The position numbers and the translations under genes are program-made. From assembly GCA_030390025.1 (NCBI GenBank), contig CM059446.1:41974001-42038000 (forward strand): a stretch of 64,000 bases of DNA, given 5' to 3'. The notes beneath the pieces were generated by a model. That model was given only the letters and a program-made list of their open reading frames with translations. It had not been told where the DNA came from and made no database searches. This DNA comes from Squalus acanthias (taxonomy: Eukaryota). Shown here in pieces: positions 1-12,925 of the stretch; positions within the stretch are counted from its first letter, which is position 1; every line of letters begins with the position of its first letter.

Positions 1-3
1 GAT

Positions 4-14
4 TTTATTTTATT
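4..14 (-). terminator. Overlapping double polyadenylation signal AATAAAATAAA (distal)
   Basis: Plus-strand TTTATTTTATT at 4-14; the cleavage site would fall just outside the window. Confidence 0.5.
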
Positions 15-305
15 AGAAAGGTCATTCTGACAGTATTTTCAGAACAAGACTTTTTTAAAACAGCATTGTAAACAGATACATCGAGAAAAATACAGTAATT
101 TGTATCAAATCTAATTACATCTACATTCCAGAATCTTTTAATGCAATGGAAACAATTTAGTATTCCTGAAATTCTGAACTGCAGTACACATTGATTTGTC
201 ATGCTGATTTAGACTCCTTGGCTTCATTTACTAAAGTGCTCTCTGACCTTCATTTCAGTAGCCCAACATGTACCAAATCAACTCAAATACCACAGCAAAT
301 AAAAG

Positions 306-316
306 TTTATTTTATT
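306..316 (-). terminator. Overlapping double polyadenylation signal AATAAAATAAA (proximal)
   Basis: Plus-strand TTTATTTTATT at 306-316; downstream on the minus strand is a GU-rich stretch (TTTGCTGTGGTATTTGAGTTGATTTGG). Confidence 0.55.
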
Positions 317-465
317 TGGTTTTTTTTTTAAAAAAAAGGAAAATAATGTTTATCAAATAAGAGTTCATTAAATAAACTCCACCTGGAATCTAATCTTTCA
401 ATCAAGTATTTGGCAGGTTTTAAACATTTTGGCATCATTCCAGTGTAAAAACTTGGCAATGCACC

Positions 466-486
466 AGTAGTAGTAGTAGTAGTAGT
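466..486. repeat. (AGT)n microsatellite in the 3' UTR
   Basis: AGTAGTAGTAGTAGTAGTAGT. Confidence 0.9.
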
Positions 487-1116
487 TTAGGCACATACTT
501 GTAATGAAGTTAAAACAATTCAGAAAAAAAAATTAAAACCTTTCGCTCAAATCACAAGAACCAGGAATTAGCGCTGAAACTATAAATAATGAATCCGACA
601 CCAAGTGAGAACGATTGATTTTCAGAAGAAGCCCCAATGTTTTTTAAAAAAGGGGATAAAAAAAGAGAAAGACTATAAACATATGATGTACCAAGAAGAC
701 CCATGTAAAATGCAGGTTGTATAAGCAAAGATTGTGCATTGGGCGTTTGATTAGTTTTTGGCTGTTGATTCTTACCATACCGGGGCCCATATTGTACTCA
801 TTAAAATTATGAAGTGCAATGGCCAAAGACAGCTTATCTGCCACTCATATTTGCGAGATCTTGAACCAGCCCACAATAAAACTACTGCTGGTACTCAGCC
901 TGCCCTGACCTCCTGTAGAAACAGAAGAGTACATATTCACACAAGGCATCAGCAACCTCTTTCATTTTTCTTTGACGGTCCGCAAATAAAGTAGTCAATT
1001 TTGTTCTCATTATACCAAAATTAGTTTGGGGGTAACAGCATGCATTTGGTTAAGAAAGAAAAAAAGAGGGAGTGTTTAGCTCAATTATTAACAAAAAGGT
1101 TTCCCCACAGGTCAAT

Positions 1117-1318
1117 CTAGCAAGCACATTTGCTTTTGTCCTGGTCTTCTGCATTTAGCTGTTCAGTGGAGCTATGGCCGTTGGACCTTACAACCCCTTC
1201 AGGTATCCAAGATTTGTCCACACACCGTTCCATGCGCTTCATGATGAGCTCCAACAGCATCTCCACCGCCTTATTCACATTGGACGCAGTTGCTGCACTG
1301 GTTTCAAAGTAGGCTAGT
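1117..1318 (-). CDS. RAB27A: Rab-27A last coding exon (G5 ETSA, hypervariable tail, CXC prenylation motif, TAG stop)
   Basis: [66 protein letters not shown]; acceptor CTTCACAG with AG at 1320-1319; the [20 protein letters not shown] tail is diagnostic of RAB27A rather than RAB27B. Confidence 0.97.
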
Positions 1319-2684
1319 CTGTGAAGAAAGCAAGCCATCAGCTAGATATAAACAATATCAATTAAAAGACATAAACCACATATATTAGGCTAGTGGATGC
1401 AGGACAGCAATTAAATGCGAATATTGTAATAACACTGAACATTTTAATAAAACCAACCATAATCAATTGATCCACGTTACTGTCACACAAAACCCAATCA
1501 AGCTTCAATGTTGCTTAATTGCATCAAAACATGAATTGATCCTTGCACTGCCATTATGCTGAAGGACATTAAGCACAACAGCTCGAGATAATCAAATGTC
1601 AGTAATGAGACTCAAGGTCATTAATGACTGATAAAAGCAGAAAAGATAGCCAAAACAGTCTGGAGATATCTACATTTCCAACAGGGTCATTTGGCCAAAC
1701 TAGTTTCCTTCATTTGATGTTATTGCCTGCATAAGATTCACACAGTTACATGATATCTGGGTCAATCCTGTTCAGAGTTTATAATGTAGGCAAGTTTGTA
1801 GACTAGGGGGAAGTAGATAGTCACTTCACATCTGACCCTATCAGGATTCTGCTGGTCACCTCTTATCTGCTCTAGTAGTAGAGACGGTTGGTATCTCGAT
1901 TGTCTAACCGATGTGTAGAATCCATTCGATCTTCAAATGTGCCTACCCAGCCCTCAAAGAAAAAGACAATACCCTAACTGGGTAGTAACCCTGGGGTACA
2001 AGTACACTGCTTCACACTGCCTATTCCACAAACTGGGAAAATAGGCCCCAGAGAGCCATAGACTGAGTAGTTGTTCACCCAAGCTTCCAACTAAAAATTG
2101 TTCTGACATCAAGTACTGCACAAGTGAAGCATTGACTGTTGGTCATCTGCTGTACTCTTGTGCCTCTGCTATATTTTTCAGCTCATGTGTAATTATCTTG
2201 TTTGTAAAATAAGTCTATTCACATTTTAGCCTGAATGTTACAGTCCAACAAGGCAACTCTGCCTCTCAGCATGGACAAGAGGAGAGCATAGTGGACATAC
2301 CATGTCCAGCAGGTTATAAATATGGGGTAAAAGGGGCGCTTATTAGTCCTATGGCATGATATCTCGTTCACAGCATGCAGTAGAGTGCAAGCTTCAGTTC
2401 ATGAGACCGTCTGCTTATGGAAACAACCCTTTTTGCAATGAACATGAGTAACTGTGTTGAGCGACACCCCAGTTTTAACCATCTTAATAATTATGCCGAT
2501 AATTGACTTGATTTTCCAGTCTGAACAACCCTGTGAAACTACTTGTAATTGTTTGTGCGCTTTCCGGGGTTAATCAGAGGCTGCTTGCAATGGTTAGCAG
2601 TCTGTTACACACATGGCCTTAATAGTTTACTCAGCAACCAGATATTCATGCATGCATTATATTTCATTAATGTCTTAGTCAAAC

Positions 2685-3415
2685 TGTTTGCACCACATTG
2701 ATTGACAAAATAACCCGTAATTTGCGGTCAGCGGCGAAGCAAAGGCGCTCACTGCTGGCCTCGAAGAAAGTTGTCCTCGAAGAAAGTTGCCCGAGAAGTT
2801 TGCCTTTCCCGACGTGAAATTGATTGGAACGCTCGGTAAGCGGTCGGTATTCCCAGCTGCTGCGAAGTCAACAAGCTGTCTAAGCAGCCAATCACATTGA
2901 AGAATTCTCACAGGTCGCAAACCAAGAAATGAAAAGCAGCTTTTATCCAGACTTTAAAAATGTTAGAGAGCGAAATAAAGATTGGGACTTTCACATGAGG
3001 ATAAAAAGGTAGAAGCTGAAATATCATGAACAAACTTGACCTTTTTTTTTTTAAATCAATGGAGAAATTTGACACTCCACAAATATAAAAATTACTGTTT
3101 CAGAGGCAGAACAGTTGTTTAGCAGTCAATACATTGTTAAAACCCCAGTTACACCTATTCCAAACAAGGCTCAACATTTAATGGGGTATTTAACAGCGAT
3201 AAGCGCACAGAAAAGCCCAAGTTTTTGTCAATTCCACTGATTGCTGGCTATTTTGGGGGCGGGGGGGGGGGGTGGGATCCACAGCGCAGATGTGTTGGAG
3301 CAGTGAAGGACTGACCGCCACTTCAGGATTCCTGCATTTAGATGCGCAGACGCCAAATCCTGTGGTTGCCTTCATTTTCAAAGGGGTAAAAATGTCGAAC
3401 AAAATCCGGGCAATC
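2685..3415. mobile_element. Probable non-autonomous DNA-transposon-like interspersed repeat
   Basis: CpG-rich segment unlike the flanking intron, ending ...CAAAATCCGGGC; similar in character to the segment starting GGCCCAGAATTTG at 63472. Termini and TSD not confirmed. Confidence 0.4.
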
Positions 3416-4344
3416 GCAAACCAACACTGAAAAGACAACTAATCTTAAAAAACCAAGTGGAAATATTGAACTGCGCGCCGTTTACAAACCCACGAGGTAC
3501 AATTATGGGCCATAAAATAGTTCACCATAACAACCTGCATTTCCACGTGGATATTCAGTTAGGGCCTTTTGTGGATTCAGTGACAAACCGGTCTTATTCC
3601 AGAGAACTGCAGCAATTTTAATTCCTCTTTCCTTTATTTAGAGGTAAGTAACCCAGTCTTTTTACAGCTGCTGTTTTTTTAAAACAATGTGCTGCTAAAG
3701 TAAAGGCTCCTTTGAGGAGGAATAATTTCAGAAACAGGAGATTTACAAGACCACACCTCATTATAGATACTGCAGCTCTGACATTTGTTTTACACAAACC
3801 ATACATTTCTAATGCAATCAGGTACATGAATACAATGTAATTCAAATCAGCCCTCGCCACAGCCTCCCAAGATGTGGCAGCTGCTGTAATTTCTCTCTCC
3901 TGAATTCTATGGCAAGCTATTTGGATGAACATGGTGCGACTTAACATAGGTCTTCCTTTGTGGCTCATTTCATTCCTCTTTCCATCTACTCTTCGCAACT
4001 CGACTAAAATTCACGTCATTCCCACCTCCTACAAAAGTGATTCAGTGCAACACACTAATTCCGCAAATACACCTTTAGCCCAGACACATTGATGCCTGAA
4101 TCCAAACATTTCAGGAAGACAAATCCAAACATTCGATAGATAGTGGTTAATGTAAAGATGAGGATCTGAACATCGTGGTTTTTTTGTTGTTGCACCTTTT
4201 CCATTATAGTAACATTTGCTTGTGGATCGATTATTCATCCCCATCAAAATGATCAACGAACACTTTCTCGCTGGTGTTGTGCGGTTTTTGCTATCGCCAT
4301 CTTATTCTGGGCAATTTGGCAAAGCAATTTAAAAAGCAAAATAT

Positions 4345-4536
4345 AATGCTGAACTGTGTAGCCAAAATAATAGAGCACAAGTCAAAGGAAGTCATGCTCA
4401 AACTACATAGGGCTCTAGTCAGACCACTAGTTATGTCCAGTTCTGGTCAGTGAAACAAAGGGAGAGATTCAAGCACAGGCGGCAATTCAGAGAAGAGCCA
4501 CAGGATTGATCCCTCCAGCAGGACCTTTCGGGATAG
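4345..4536 (+). mobile_element. Old degenerate CR1 LINE fragment (5' part; continues at about 5180-5432)
   Basis: Degenerate coding for ...KSKEVMLKLHRALVRP..VQFWS.., a CR1 ORF2 C-terminal motif; interrupted by a younger CR1. Confidence 0.65.
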
Positions 4537-5174
4537 ATGGCCTTCATTACAAGAGAATTTGAGTACAGGAGTAAAGAAGTCTTACTCCAATTATATAGGG
4601 CCTTGGTGAGACCACACCTGGAGTACGGTGTACAATTTTGGTCTCCTTACCTAAGGAAGGATATACTTGCCATAGAGGGAGTGCAACGAAGGTTCACGAG
4701 ATTGATTCCTGGGATGACGGGACTGTTGTATGAGAAGAGATTGAGTAAACTAGGCCTGTATTCTCTTGAATGCAGAAGAATGAGGGGATCTCATTGAAGC
4801 ATACAAAATTATTACAGGGCTTGATAGGATGGATGCTGGGAGAATGTTTCCCTTGGCTGGGGAGTCTAGAACCAGGGGCCACAGCCTCAAGATAAAGGGG
4901 AGGCCATTCAGGACTGAGAGGAGAAGAAATTTCTTCAGAGGGTGGTGAATCTTTGGAATTCTCTACCCCAGAGGACTGTGGAGGCTCAGTCATTGGGTAT
5001 ATTCAAAACAGAAGTCGATAGATTTCTGACTAGTAAGGACATCAAGGGATATGGTGATAGGGCCGGTGAATGGAGTTGAGGCAGAAGATCAGCCATGATC
5101 TCATTGAATGGCGGAGCAGGCTCAAAGGGCCGAATGGCCTACTCCTGCTCCTATTTCTTATGCTCTTATGTTCT
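4537..5174 (+). mobile_element. 5'-truncated CR1 LINE (ORF2 C-terminus plus 3' UTR)
   Basis: ORF 4537-4797 YRALVRPHLEYGVQFWSPYLRKDILAIEGVQRRFTRLIPG; terminal GGCCGAATGGCCTACTCCTGCTCCTATTTCTTATG(C)TCTTATGTTCT tail. Confidence 0.93.
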
Positions 5175-5179
5175 AATGA

Positions 5180-5432
5180 ATGGACTTCTCCAACCATATT
5201 TATCTTGTATGAACAGTGGCGTACAAGTGTTCAATAGGTTTTGCTTAAGCTTGCAGCACGGTTTAATTCTGGTCCATACTCGGTGATAAATAGCTGGAAT
5301 AATCTGCCAGGCAGGATAGCAGCGTTTAGGACATTTAAAATGCAGCTCGATGCCATAAAATGGGAGTTAGTGGATTAGAGGGATGAGTTTTGATGGGTTC
5401 AATGTGCACATCATCTTTGACATTTATGTTCT
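5180..5432 (+). mobile_element. Old degenerate CR1 LINE 3' part
   Basis: ...GGTGATAAATAGCTGGAATAATCTGCCAGG (VINSWNNLP-like) and a degenerate GATGGG...ATGTTCT 3' end. Confidence 0.55.
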
Positions 5433-5919
5433 TTGACAATTTGTAGAGAGAGGTTTTTAAACCTTCTAAAATCACTGGCAAGAACCGGTTCACAAATAAA
5501 CCTTCGATTCATCCCACATCAGCAGCCGGTGCAGCAATATGACATTGGGTTTTTGAATTGAAATCAACAAGTGTGGCTAATTTATGCTACAGCCCAGCAG
5601 ACAGGAGATGCAACATGCAGTTACACCTCAGACCCAGTGTTGATGAGTAGGACATTTTAAAACACAAGAGGCAGCAACTTTAATCTTTAGGTTTCACATG
5701 CTGCTATTTATGTTTCTGCCTGGACATTGATGCTGTCACAATAACAAATCTGACTCCAGGTGAACTATTGGAAGCGTATACAGAAAGGTTATTTAGCAAT
5801 CTCCAATACTGACAGGCCATCAATTTAAGGTCGGTCATAACTAATGTCTACAGTGGGCAATAAAAAGCTATTCATTCTGGGTCTGCAAACTGTTCACCCA
5901 ACATAGGCATCATCTCTTA

Positions 5920-6143
5920 ATGTCTCTTCATCTCCCCCTTTGTTCCTTTATCCCCTCCCCCTTTTCCCAGCTTTACCCTGGCCTTAAATCTATTTGATTT
6001 CCGGCTCTTCCCAGTTCTGATGAAAGGTCATCGACCTGAAACGTTAACTCTCTTTCTCTCTCCACGGATGCTGCCTGGCCTGCTGAGTTTTTCCAGCGTT
6101 TTCTGTTGTTATTTCGGATTTCCAGCATCCGCAGTATTTTGCT
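5920..6143 (+). mobile_element. Penelope-like element terminal (pLTR) remnant, family A
   Basis: Contains a hammerhead core followed by GATGCTGCCTGGCCTGCTGAG...TTTCCAGCATCCGCAGTATTTTGCT; closely similar copy at 47388-47640. Confidence 0.75.
6013..6049 (+). ncRNA. Minimal type-I hammerhead ribozyme motif
   Basis: Helix I AGUU/AACU, core CUGAUGA, helix II AGGUC-AUC-GACCU, GAAA, palindromic helix III ACGU, cleavage triplet GUU. Confidence 0.75.
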
Positions 6144-7315
6144 ATCAAACTAGATGATGCTTTGAGAGAATATACAAATGCTTCTCACATTAGCTCCTTT
6201 CTTATGTCAGATCGTACACACCATCCGCCTTCCTTTTCTATGGTTCACTTTTATACACAGCTATGCACAACTCTGCATATGAACATTGATTTCCAGCTCG
6301 TTTCCCTTCACCGTTAAAGGTCAAGTATCCCTTTGTGTTTTGTGTCATGTCAGGTTTTGTTTTTCTGGAGGGCACAACCACAGGAGATCGAGAAAATAAA
6401 TAAAGGGAGTAGATATCAGTGAATGAAACATCCGAAACATCAGAAAATCCTTCCACTGACAATTACTCCCGTACAAACATCAGGGCATTAAGTTCATACT
6501 AAATCAATATGGATTTTTTCCTCTTCAAAGCAATTTAAGGTTTCTGGTTCAAAATTTAATCTGCTCATTTTCAGCCTGTCAGGCAGTGATAGTTCCAGGC
6601 CAAATAGCCTTAGGAAGACAACTTTTGAGAATACAGCAAGTCTCTGAGCTTCCAGGGAAAGCTTGAATATACTAGTGAAATAAACATCTCTCTATATATA
6701 TCACAATGGCAATCTTCCGATTTAACAAAAGCTATAGCATCCTGCTCTGCAGAAATAAAACTTATAAAATGGGCATACCGCATGTAATTAAAGCAACCAG
6801 TGAAATTAAAAAAATGCAGTTGGACGAATCCGAAAATTATTGTAAAGCTGCCTTGTTTGGAACCTTGGCCCCTTAGTTCACATCCTGAACGAACCTCCTC
6901 GACCAAAATCCTTACAAGCAACAAATGGTGCCCAGAGCCTGAACATGGTTTTCCTCAAGTTCTCCAACCTGGTGGTGCCTGGTCACCTCACAAGAACACA
7001 TTTTAAAAAGGGGGCTGGGAGGAATTAGTGAAATTCATTGAAGCGGGGATTCTTCAACTGTTGGCTGCGAGGACACCGTAAGTGGCAAGAAAGGAATGAT
7101 CAGGGGATAGTTGCCACAACAGAAATTGGTCTGCTCTCCTGCTTCTAGATCATTGCAGTAGTCAGGGATTTGCTGTGAGCTTTTAACTGTCTGATGAAGG
7201 GGTCAGACTTTCCATGTCCAGGGGCGCTCAATGTTTTGAGATACCAACTTGTAAATTTAGCTTCTTCCACACCCTCCCCCCCCCGCCGCCCCCCAAATCC
7301 TCTTTCCTACAAGGG

Positions 7316-7756
7316 GTCAGCCTGGGCTCCATGATCACGCTTGCCTCCGAGCCAGTACATTGTGGACTCCAGCCCCACTTGAGCACATAATATAGGCTGC
7401 CATTTCAGTGCAGTACGGAGGGAGTGCGACACTGGGAAAGGTGCTGACTTTCAGATGAAACATTAAACCGAGGCCCCAACTGCCCTTTTTAGGTGGATGC
7501 AAGAGATCTCAAGGCCCTATTCAAAGAACAGCAGGGAGTTTGCCTGGTGCCCTGGCCAACATTAGTCTCGCAACCAACATCACTACAACAGATTATCCTG
7601 GTCATTCAACTCACTGATGTTTGTGCACCTTGCTGTGTACAAACAGGTTTGTGGGTTAGCCTGCATATCAAAAGTAATTCAATGACTGAAACATTTTGGG
7701 ACATCCCAAGGACGTGAAAGACACTATATAAATGCAAGTCCTTTTTTCTTTCTTTC
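7316..7756 (+). mobile_element. tRNA-derived Deu-domain SINE (SacSINE1/AmnSINE-like), diverged
   Basis: Shares CTTTCAGATGAAACATTAAACCGAGGCCCC...AGGTGGATG..AAGAGATC core and GTGAAAGACACTATATAAATGCAAGTC tail with the other copies. Confidence 0.85.
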
Positions 7757-10476
7757 AATATTCTAGCAATATCAGACTTGTGTTCTCCGAGGTAACTAGT
7801 CAGAACTACCATAGCAGTACCTGCAGTGAATGGGACACAAGTGGCTGAGAATATTCTTTTGGTGTTGGGGGGAGGGGGCAAAGAGAAGGGCACTTCCTTT
7901 TCCTTTGGTTTTCTGGGTTTAAAAGAAACCGATGATGGGATGAAGGTTTATTGTGGAGTGACAGACAGTTAAAATCCTTAATTTTATAGGGAAAATGTAA
8001 AAAAAAAGCCACTTCCCTCCTGAAGCTAGAGGAGAGCTTGTGGTCTTTGTTACACTGGTCTGTGGCATCCGCTTATGCTTACAGCATTAGTAATTCAAAG
8101 GAATAATTATGTAAATACATAAGCTTAAACATGACACAACATGGCTACTGAATGCAAGAAACCCAGTAACTAGTGCACTCCAACCTCTTGCATATGCTGT
8201 AGGTGAAATGCAGAGGAAAATTCCTTGCATTTTTCTTTTGCAAATGTGACAGTACAGGGCAGGGGCAGTACAGGCAAAGGGGCAGCAGCTCCCAACATCC
8301 ATTCAGGGCCCAATTATTATGGATGCTAGTATTGTACCTGAAAGTTCACAAGGCAGCAGTTCATATGGAAGAGTCAGGAGCCCAAGTTTAATCATCTATT
8401 AATATTAAACAAGTAAAGAAACACAGCAGCTTTCTTGGGGGCAGAGGCACATGGTGACAGAGTGTGAGAAGTGTCTTAATAATCAATTTTGAATGTTGTA
8501 CCAACGAAAGCAATGTAGAAACACTGCAATCAGGAAATCTTCACTCCGTAAAGACAGACTCTTGAAAGTGGTCTCACCTGGAAACGCTACACGATGAGAG
8601 CTTTTTACAAACCTTCCCAAGTTTAGTGCAATGGGAATGTAATAAGAAAAAATGATTACATTCCGCACTCACTCATGGTAATTTGTCAACCTTGCTCAGG
8701 GAGAGCAAATGGAATACATTTTTGTAATAATACAGTAGGAAAGACTTAAGAGGTCGTAGGTCAGGTTTAAGCCATGCTAAATCTTAACTGGAGTCCTTGA
8801 AATTGTTTTGTTTCTTTTAAAAATGCAACTCCAACCTTGACAAATGCATTTAGACAGAGACACAGACATTTGCACTTGTAAACAGTTCTATTGTAGAAGA
8901 GCAACCTCATGCTACAGTAAATTTTGTAGGGTGAGGAAGCCAAAAAGTCACTTAATGATTTCAGTTTTACCCAAAAGAAATGCTCTTTTAAACTGTTGGC
9001 CTTTATCAACCCAGCAAAATGGAACACTCAAGGAAACCAAGTATAATTGCCCCTCAATAAAGCAGACACGGGGCTCTTTATGCCCGGTTACCAACAGATT
9101 GGTTTGTTCTGTTGCAGTTGACTCAGGTTTGTAGCCAAGTGCTGCACATGGACTTTGCAAATCAAACTCAACTCCGACAAAGGAGAGAGCAGCAGACATT
9201 CAGTTTCAAAATTCATCACAGTTACTGAGATTGCAATTTACAAACTGACTGCTAGGCATTGTAAATATCTGTATTCACAATTCCAATCAATCAGAGAGAG
9301 AATAGCAAGCATTTGTTGTGATGCACACTTTCTTCTCCTTTCCAGGGGGCTGATGAGTAGCATCTGAAGCTGTTAACCGTATTCGGGTTTAAGGTGCATC
9401 CAACGCTGATGTAAATGGTTAATTTTTCCAAATTTAGAAGTTTCATTGAAATAAAGTCCATTTCATAATTTCTCAAGTACCCTTTCCTTGGCTATTTTGC
9501 ACAGAGTTTTGTGCCATGAAACTCCACTCCCCCCTCATTAACAAAGGCTCTCAAGACAAGTCCTGTATTACACGGAGAGAAGTGCCATAAACATCCCATA
9601 ATAGTGGAACTTGGAAGCAACAATCCAATTCAGAGTGTATAACATTTAGAAAAATAGGTCGGGGAATGGAACTCAATTATTGGGGGGAAAAACCATTTAA
9701 TTTAGATTTCGGCCAAACTGATTAAGAAATCAAAGTCAAACAAGGGAAATAAACATGCACCACATTAAAAATATATTTCCAACATCAGTAAAAGTACAAA
9801 TTTCAAAGAGAAAACTGCAAACATCACAAACGAAAATTGTAATTGGCTTATGGCCATGAGTTTATAACAATTTTTTTTTTTTAATAAACTGACCCATGGT
9901 TAGTTTGTACTTTTTTCCTCTGCAGTTTTTCTAGATTTTTCAGATATTTTCACATTTCTGGGTTTCCACTGTTAATGGGCATGAATTTCTTTAAACCCAC
10001 CCAATTAAAAAGAAACTTTATACTGGGGCATTGATTCGGTATCCATGTTGGTAGACTTTTCAAACAAAGCTTGGCGTCAAGAATTTCAAGATTATATACG
10101 AGTTAGATACAGAGTGAGGTTCCCAGACTCATTCCAGTTAAGACTGACCAACATTTAAGTCACTGACCACCATTTATCTGGATATTGTTCAGATATACAA
10201 GATCACAGTCCCCAAATCTTTCTGCAACATCACTGCATTCTTGATATATAAAAGTAGGCTTTTATATAATTTGAGAGCCCCCAAAAGAGGCATTTTCTTT
10301 TTTCTCCCTTTCCAGTGTGACACCCAAAGACCTTTGGTCGCTGCCCAACACGAGAATGAAGCCTGTAGTAATGTGCACTCCCTTCCCTGTGGGAATGTGC
10401 TGGGACTCTGCTTAACATCTCCTAAATCATGGCAAAACGCATCAGCAGGTCTCAGCAGCCCAGTGCAGCTCAAAAG

Positions 10477-10541
10477 TGCGCCACACTGCCCGCTCACCCC
10501 ACCCTACTGCGCCACACTGCCCGCTCACCCCACCCTACTGC
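10477..10541. repeat. Perfect 31-bp tandem duplication
   Basis: TGCGCCACACTGCCCGCTCACCCCACCCTAC x2. Confidence 0.95.
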
Positions 10542-11956
10542 ACTCCAGCCTGTCCATTTTTAAAATACCTTTTTCAAAAATTGCACAACCTATTGTGGAC
10601 ATGAAGGTAGCAGACAACCTACGTTATACTCTCCAACCTACATAAATCCCTCATCTCCCCAACGACAATGCATTGTCAACACAGAAAAATGCACCGTGTT
10701 GGTTAGATATTAAACAGAATACAGCCCCTGCATGTGAAAGCAATGCTATTGCAACATAGGCTCTACTGATCACAGGGAAAGAAGTGTGCTTTCCAAAATT
10801 ATACTAGTAAAATGTAGATATCCAATAAATTAAGGAATGAAAAACAATTCTACCCAAATCACAAAATGCCAAGAGAGATTCTAGCGCCAAATGTGAAAGG
10901 CAAGATGACATGAAACAGTGCATTCAATTCTATTCCACTACTCCCAAATGACCAGTAAAAATGCACCTCGTCTGAGAGCAGAGAATAGTAGGGACAGATT
11001 TTTCAAAGTCAAACACTACAATATTTACACCGCAATAAAATGTCAGATATTCTATTGAGAAATCATCCATTCAATACTGGTACAGGACATACATCATCTT
11101 CCCTTCAAATACAAATCACACTTAAATTTACTTTCCTCCTACATTGGCAAGCACTCAACTCCTCACAATGTTAAGCATATGGAGCAGGCACTGATTAGCT
11201 GGCAGCTCAGGTTATCTGTGTTCTCTCACTCTAAAACGAGCAAACCATGTATTATTAACAAGATCCAATGCATCCTACTCCCCATTTGTATTTCACTACA
11301 ATAGCAGGCTGCATAAATGATATATAACTATACACTCTACTTATCTACCCAATAGGAATCTGAGCACGGAAAATATTTGATAGCTGATGTCAGGCTGCTG
11401 ACCACTGAATCAAAGAATTATTACTAATTATAGATCAAAGTCACCCAAATTGGCTAAATTGCCCGTGTCTCGATTTTCAGTGATCTTGGGTCACTCAGGA
11501 TTAGGAGCAACAGCACTTCAAACTTCCATATTTTAATGCAAATTCAACTAGTAGCTGGTAGAATTTCAATGAACTTGTGCACTGAAAAATAAACCAACTT
11601 GAGATCAAGGACTAAGCAACACACAAGCTGGGTTCATGGATGACCAGCCTCACAATCTAATTGGCTCGATGTCTTCTGTACAACTAAGTCATCTTTTAGC
11701 TCCAGTTTCTCCTCTTCCATTTTTAAGAATTTGTTTAAAACATTTAAGTGAGAATTGCTGCACAACTGTCTCACCGTAATCTTATACTTAACCTGTAAAT
11801 ATTTCCTCAGCAGCCGTATTGAACATGCTGCTTTGCGATATTCTTACGGGCTATTTTAGCCAGTGTCTGACTCACAATAAAGTTCACTCAAGAAATATAG
11901 GGACTTCCCATTAGATAAACATCACACATTTTACTGCTTGGGAGGAGAACACTTAC

Positions 11957-12080
11957 CCATATTTCTCTGCCAACTCCCTGGCATCATCTTCTTTTACAGC
12001 CCTCTGATCCTCTAAATCACATTTATTGCCGCATAATACAATGTCTGGGTTTTCACAATATGCGTGCATCTGAAGCTGAC
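11957..12080 (-). CDS. RAB27A: Rab-27A coding exon 4 (G4 NKxD motif)
   Basis: 124 nt, [40 protein letters not shown](G); acceptor GTCTAG, donor GTAAGT. Confidence 0.97.
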
Positions 12081-12802
12081 CTAGACATAACATTTATCAA
12101 AGAGACACAGACACAACTGTATTTTAGGAACAGATAACACGGCAGTTAAAAAGTGAAATAGCACAATCCCTCAGAGTACCCATTGCAGGTGAGGCATTGA
12201 GCAGAGAAGACTACGGATGCAAGACAATTCTAGCACCAATCGTCTTCCCTTGCCTTCCCCAAGGAACAGGGAACGCCCTGGAAAGGAGTATTCCAGGATA
12301 AGGCACTACAGTGGCTCAAAAGTATTTCACTTTTAAAGAAATGCACCTGAACCAGAGATTAGTGAAAGGATTTTATTTAAAAACTCGCCATACAGCGGTT
12401 CACCTCCTGACTTCTACTAAATCTCCAATGCTTCTGTGAAATTTGTGCAAAGTGTGAAATCCCAGTACTTTCCACTTCACTGAAGGGGGATGAGCAGTGG
12501 AGCCGAGCCAGAACAAGATGATCTGCCATTTCTATACCTGGGGTTATTGCAAAGCTGCCCTCGCCAATGGCCAAAACACCTATAATTCAGAAATGTGGGA
12601 GCTTATCCAGGAGTAATCCTTTACAAAGCTGTCCCTTCTGTTCTTAAACAATATAGGATTTTACATTCAAACTTTAACTCCATTTATAACTTCTTAACCT
12701 CTTCGTACAATAGCTTTTTGCTTACATGGGTCATGAGTGGGCTGCCCAACTCCTTCACAACGTGGTCAACCAACAGGAGGTGCTTTTTTTGGGGGTGGAG
12801 GT

Positions 12803-12925
12803 CAACATTCCTGTTGAGCTACGTGGCCGTGCACCGGAAGAAACCGCATATGCACGAAAATTGGAACGGCCAGCACAGCCAGTTAAAGGGACCGCGCGCA
12901 AAAACTAAAATTAGAGGGAACATTG
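12803..12925. mobile_element. hAT (Tip100-like) MITE with 8-bp TSD
   Basis: Right TIR TTAGAGGGAACATTG, degenerate left TIR CAACATTCCTGTTGAG; flanked by direct repeat GTGGAGGT (12795-12802 and 12926-12933). Confidence 0.8.

Larger units (their letters stand above)
1..1116 (-). other. RAB27A: Probable RAB27A 3' UTR
   Basis: AT-rich sequence directly after the stop codon, with no recognisable TE and with polyadenylation hexamers on the minus strand. Confidence 0.65.

Noticed and set aside
1319-1338. N-terminal MACFLHR of ORF 1117-1338
   Set aside because: Intronic; the acceptor AG at 1320-1319 defines the exon start.
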